64,000 nt of DNA from the NCBI RefSeq assembly GCF_009914755.1, contig NC_060928.1; one strand, 5' to 3'. This DNA is from the human T2T-CHM13v2.0 reference genome, Homo sapiens. Of this stretch, positions 57,040 to 64,000 are shown one piece after another. Below the pieces are notes generated by a model. That model had not been told where the DNA came from. It made no database searches and worked only from the letters and a program-made list of their open reading frames with translations. The translations under genes and the position numbers were made by a program. How positions within the stretch are numbered: the first letter of the stretch is position 1; every line of letters starts with the position of its first letter.

Positions 57040-58130
57040 TAATAAATATTTACTGAGCTTCCACTCTCCAGCATTGTGTGGACATACCCATGAGGAAGAT
57101 ATACAAAGTTCGTCCTTTAATAGACTAAACATTCTAGTTGGGAACACAGACATTAAATCAACAAACTAAAAGCAAGCATGACTGTATCAAGTAATACATG
57201 TAATGATAAAAATAAAAGCCATCGACATGGCAGAGATCAGGGAATTAGATGGACAAGAGTGGGAAGATTTTTGAGGGAGGTGAAAGTCAAAACTCAGTAA
57301 TGTAGAGATCTAGAGGAGGAGGATTTCAGCTGAAAGAAGGCAGCAACTAATGCAAAAGCACTAAAGTGGAAGTGATGTTCTTGAGATATGCTGAACAAGA
57401 GAAAATAGGCCAGTATAGTAGGAAGGGAATGACAAGGAAGGATGCAGCTGATGTCAGAGATGGCAGGGACTAGATAGCATTCTTAAAAGACATAATCGAG
57501 TATGTCTACTTTCACTTTTCATGAAATAGTAATGAGATAGATAAAGATTTGAATAGAGAAGCGGCATGATGCATTGTATTTTTGGAAAAATATGACTTGG
57601 TCAATCTTTATGCTGTAGTCTCACCATTTATGCTGTAAACATGTCCTCTGATTTATCTTTCACTATAGTTCATATAATTGCTTGCCATATTTGACATATG
57701 TTTATTTGCTTACTGTGTACCTCAATCCAATAAAATATAAAATGCATAAGAGAAAACCAGAACCCTGTCTGATTTGCTCCATGTAGTGTCTTAGTTTCCT
57801 AGAGGGTTCTCAGCGAAGACCAGATGATGTAAGTTGAGTGAATTAATGAATGAATATATGAATTAATTAGGAAGAGTAAAATCAGTATGATCTACTAATG
57901 AACGGATTAAGGAACCAACTGAAAAATGGTGAATAATCTCTGAGATTCAGCAGGCTGTCAAGTAATATTGGGGTTGGGGGATGGTAGGAAGTTAAGGTTT
58001 GGGAATAAAATTTTGGTAACCAAATATTAAGATGGTTATTAGACCTTCAATGGAGGTATCATATAGGTAGTTGGATATAGAATAATAGAATTCAGGGAGG
58101 TGATTGGGGTAGAGATCAAATATCTATAGA
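57040..58130. mobile_element. L2 fragments in both orientations
   Basis: 'aataaatatttactgagcttccact' (antisense tail) and 'gttgagtgaattaatgaatgaat' (sense tail). Confidence 0.55.
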
Positions 58131-58507
58131 AATGGAGTACCTTTGCTCAGGGCATCATAAGTTGCAATAAAGGTTTTGGTCAGAACTGGGATTTCATCAG
58201 AGACCCTACTGAGGAAGTATTTACTTTAACACTCCCTTGGGCTGTTGCCAAAATTCATTTCCTTATAGATCTGGATTCATGGCAGCTTGCTTCCAAAGCC
58301 AGCAACAGAGAGAGACTCCATCAAGATGGGAATTAAAACTTTATACAATCACATAATTATAATCATGTATGTTTTATATCATTTGCTATTATTCCACTTG
58401 TTAGAAGCAATCACAGGTCCTGCTCACATTTAAAGGGAGGAGACTATATGAAGGCATGAATGGCAGGAGGTTGGGATCACAGGGGTCATCTGTTTCTGTC
58501 TACAACA
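58130..58507 (-). mobile_element. MLT1E/F-like LTR
   Basis: 'catggcagcttgcttccaaagccagcaa...gttagaagcaatcacaggtcctgctcacat...ggcatgaatggcaggagg'. Confidence 0.7.
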
Positions 58508-58539
58508 AGGGCAGAGGAAGAATAAAAATAGCTGCAGAG

Positions 58540-61500
58540 TGCTAAAAGGAAAACTAGAATGTCACACCAGGACGTTTTATGTACTGGTAACATCACTTAG
58601 AAATGAAGATACCATGCAGACCTCTCAGATGAAAGAAAACCAAGAGAATTCATGCCAGGAGACCTACTTTAAAGAAAATCTGAAGGAAGGTTTCAGGCTG
58701 AAGGGAAATGATGTGAATGGGAAAGTTTGATCTTCAGGAATAAAGAAACAAATACAAACTGTAAACAGCTGGATAAATATAAAATATATATTTTCCCCTG
58801 CTCTAAGCTCTTTAAAATACATATGATGATTTAAGGCAAATATTCTAACATTGCCTGGTGCTTTCAGTGTATACAGATGTAATACATATGACAACCATAA
58901 CATAAAAGGCAGGAGAGAATAAGAAAGGACCCACAGAATGGCAATGTTTTCTAGATTTCACAGGAAATAGTAAAAATATCAACTCTTCAGACTGTTAAAA
59001 GTTAAATATGTATATTGTAATTCCTAGAGCAACCATAAAAAAGGTAATGTAATGTGTCCATAAAGCCAATAGATAAACTAAAAGAGAATTCACATAATCC
59101 AAAATAAGACAGGACCATGAACACAGAGGAAAACAACAAAAATAAGAGGAGAGAGAACAGTAATAAAATTGTACACTTAAATTTAATTAAATCAATGATT
59201 ACACTAAATATTAATCATGTAAACAATGTAATTAAAATTTAGTGAATAACACAGTGGAGAAAATAGTAAGGCTCTCCTATATGTTGCCTATGAGAGAAAC
59301 ACTTTAAAAATGAAGACACAGGTGAAAATAAATGGATGAAAAAAAAAAAAGACATACCATGCACGAAGTATAGAGGAGTTTGGAGTTGCTATGTTAATAT
59401 CACATAAAATAGACTTGAATTCAAAGAGTGTTAGCAGAGATAAGGAGAAAATTCTATAACAAAACAAGGGAATACTTCACCAGCTATAAATAATAATTAT
59501 CAGTGTGTATGTATGTAGTAACAGGACCTCAAAACATACGAGGCAAAAACAGACGTAATTAGCTGAAGAAGTAGATGATTCCACAGCTAAGAGAGCTTTA
59601 ATACCCCATCTCTACAACTGATAAACTAAGCAAAAAGTTACTAAAAGCATAGAAGATCTAGCAACACTAGCAACCACTTGATCTATATGACATTTATGGC
59701 ACAATACACTCAGCAAATGCAGAATGTAACTTCATTTAAAATGCACACAGAACATTCACCAATACAGTACATATGTTGGGCCATAAAATAATCTCTATAA
59801 ATTTAAAATGTTCAGAATCATACAGATGGCATTCTCTTACAAAACAAATTAAAATTCAATACTACTGCTACTGGTACTCATTTTTTTTGAAGAATCCAAC
59901 TAGCTGCAAAATAAACAATACATTTCTATATAATACCTGGAACAAAGACAAAATCTTGGAGAAAAATATAAGACATTTTAAGTCAGTGACAATAAAAAAC
60001 ATATCAAAATGTGTATGTTGAAAGTAAAGCAGCGCTTGGGGGAAATTTATATTTTTCAATGCTTATGTTAGAAAAAAGAAAATATGTCAAATAAATCACA
60101 TTTTTAAAACCTAAGTAGCTATAAAAATAAAAGCAAAGTTATCCAAATGAATAAAAGAAAAAATAACAAAAAGTAGAAATTTTAAAAAATACAAAGCAGG
60201 CAATGGAGAAAATGTACAAAGCCAATAGCTAATTATTTTAAAGTATCAACCAAATTGATTAACCTCTAGTTCAACTGATCAAGGGGAGAGAGAGATAAAG
60301 AGAAAGGGAAATCATAAAGAGTGAAAAAGAAGTTATCAGATTCTAGACACTAAGAAGAGAATGCTATGAACAAATTTATGTGAACAAATTGACAACTTGG
60401 ATGATTGGATAATATATAAACATTTCTTTAAAAACAAAACATAGCAAAATAGCTATATTTCCCTATTCAGAAAAGCTGAGTATATCTATACTTATTTAAA
60501 AATCAAATCTGTTATTTAAAATCTTTTCAAAAATAAATCTCCAGTCCCAGATGTTTCACTGATGAAATTTATCAAACACGCAATGAAGAAATACCAGATT
60601 TAGACAAACATCTTCAGAACATCAAGGAGAAAGGTCAATACTGAAATCATTTTATGAGGCCAATATAACCCTAATACCTGAAAAAATATATAAAAAGAAA
60701 AGACCAATATTCTTCATGAACATAGATGCAAAAGTCTTAAAAATATATGAAGTAATCAAACATAACAAAGGGAAATATGTTATGAGCAAACACAGTTTAT
60801 TCCAGATAAGTGAGATTTAAAAATTAACCAATGTAATTCACCAAAAGTATATTATTTCAATTGTTTCAGAAAAATTGTTTGACAAAATTGAACATGCATT
60901 TAAGATAAAAACTATCAGCAAATCAGTTAATAGTATGGGACTTTCCAAATGACAAAGGGCATTTATAAAATTACATGGCCAATATTTTACAACCTAATAA
61001 AAGACTTAATTGCTTTTATCTGAAATAGGTGATAAAAAATAAACACTCACTATTGCCATGTCTATTCAACATTGTACTGGTTGTCTTAGGCATAGCAATA
61101 AGGCAAGAAAAAGAAATAAAAAGTGTAATGACTGAAAGAAAAGAAGTAAAACTTTTTCTATTTGTGGGTTACATGATTGTTCATACAGAAAATTCCAGGG
61201 ATCCTACAAGTAACCACTAAGATAAGTACATAAATTTAGCAAATTTTCAGATACAAAGTAAATATATAATATAAAGTATATTTGCATTTACAAAAAGCAA
61301 ACAATTAGAAAGTAAATTTTTAAAATCCCTTTTACAGTGGCACCAAAATCACTACATACTTAGAAATATATCTAATCAAACACAGTCAAGCCTTCCATAC
61401 TGAAAACTTTAAAACATTAATAAGTCAAAAAAGAAATGAATAAATGCAAAGATATATGATACTCATGAGTTGAAGTGACCACTATTGTTAAGATGTCAAA

Positions 61501-63020
61501 ATTTAAAATCTTTCTAAAGATTCAATAAAATGATATTAAAGTGACAAAGTTTGATTACCTATTTTTAAAAATAAATTGACAAATCTGCTTCTAAAATATG
61601 CAAAGGATTTGAAATGCAAAGGATTTGGAATCACTAGAATAATTGAAGGTCTTATCCTAACTGAGTTTAAGACTTACTACATAGGTCATTAGAAAGCACA
61701 AAAATTGGTACTGCTGAGAAGATGAAACACATGCATACATCACTGGAAGAGAATATAGAGTCCAGAATTGTGCCTACAACATAAAGAAAATGAGGCATTG
61801 CTATGAGGAAATAAACGTATTTTTAACAAAGGGTGATGGACAAATGATACAAGTAAGCAAAGGTAAAATAATAAAAATATACACTTTATTCACATTATAC
61901 ACAAAATTTAACTTCAAATGGATCATAGCCTTAACTGTAATTGTAAAAGATTAAAATATCTAGAAGAAAAGAAAAATCTTTACTATGCTGGCATGAGCAA
62001 TGGTTTCTAGAAGAATGAATAAAGCATAAAGCATAATATAAAAAAATTAGTAAGTTGGATCTCACTAACATTTAAAAAATGTTTCCCATTAAAGTACACA
62101 ATTAAGAAGATGAAAATGAAAGCTACATACTGGTAAAAGTTATTTACAACACATATATAGGGCAGAGAACTTGCTCCTGGAATATATAAAGAAACTTTAC
62201 AATGCAATAATAAAGTAAATCATCCAATATAAGTTGGGCAATAGATATGGGCACTTTACAAAAGATGAGCTAGGAATGGCAACTGAGCACATGGAAAGAT
62301 ACTAAATATCATTAGTTATCAGAGAAATGCAAATTAAACCACAATCAGATACCACTGCACACCATGTACATCCACTGGATTTGCTAAAATAAAAAATAAT
62401 GAGTGTATCAAGTATTACTGAGGATTTGGTGTAACTGGAATTCTTGTGCAGTAGTGGAGAGAAGATAAAATATAAAATGCAAATGTTTGGTGGTGTAAGA
62501 CACTAAATATATATCTAGTTTGTGACCCAGCCATTCTCTTCCTAGTTATGTACCTAAGAGGAACTAAAACCATGTATGAATAATGACATATACTAATATT
62601 TATAGTGGCTTTATTTGTAGTGTCTCTTAACTAGAATAACTCAAATGTCCATGAGCAGGCAATTGGATACTTATCCATTTAAAGGCATAAACTACAGATA
62701 CACAGAGCAATATGAATCTCAAAATTATTGCAATAAGTGAAAAAATGTAAGGCAAAAAAATAGTTTATACTCTATGATTTCAGAGATATACAATTCTAGA
62801 CCATATACATTTAGAATATCAGAAAGCAGGTCAGTGGTTTCCTGGAGATGGGGTGGAGTGGAGAATGCATCACATATAGGCACAAGGAACTCATGAGTGA
62901 TGATGGAAATGTTTATTATCTTGATTTTGAGGTTGATTTTACAGGCATATACATAGTAAAAATGATTACTATTCAAATATATGCAATTTACTTCAATTAT
63001 ATCTCAATAATGCCATACTT
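58540..63020 (+). mobile_element. Large degenerate L1MD/ME-type LINE (ORF1 end, ORF2, 3'UTR)
   Basis: ORF 61029-61220 'LFNIVLVVLGIAIRQEKEIK...EVKLFLF' is L1 RT; 3'UTR 'gatggaaatgtttattatcttgatt...caattatatctcaataa'. Confidence 0.88.
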
Positions 63021-63029
63021 TTTTTATAA

Positions 63030-64000
<971 letters not shown>

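Overview
AT-rich, CpG-depleted simian-primate (probably human-like) genomic DNA made mostly of interspersed repeats: about 11 Alu/FAM/FLAM, several large L1s, MER41A, MER4, THE1, MST and MLT1 LTR elements, MER6A/Tigger/MER20 DNA transposons, MIR and L2. I see no protein-coding gene, intact RNA gene or CpG island; the supplied ORFs are repeat-derived or chance. All family calls come from remembered consensus sequences without alignment tools, so subfamilies and old-element boundaries are approximate. I found no convincing new biological system. The most notable structures are: (1) an apparent complex rearrangement at ~39.5-43.1 kb, where the nested L1s reconstruct as two adjacent inversions sharing one breakpoint; (2) a two-LTR MER41A provirus with a triplicated U5-end/PBS/splice-donor leader and an internal tRNA-Glu-like fragment; (3) a strong candidate minus-strand exon at 2987-3090 that an LTR-driven transcript could use.
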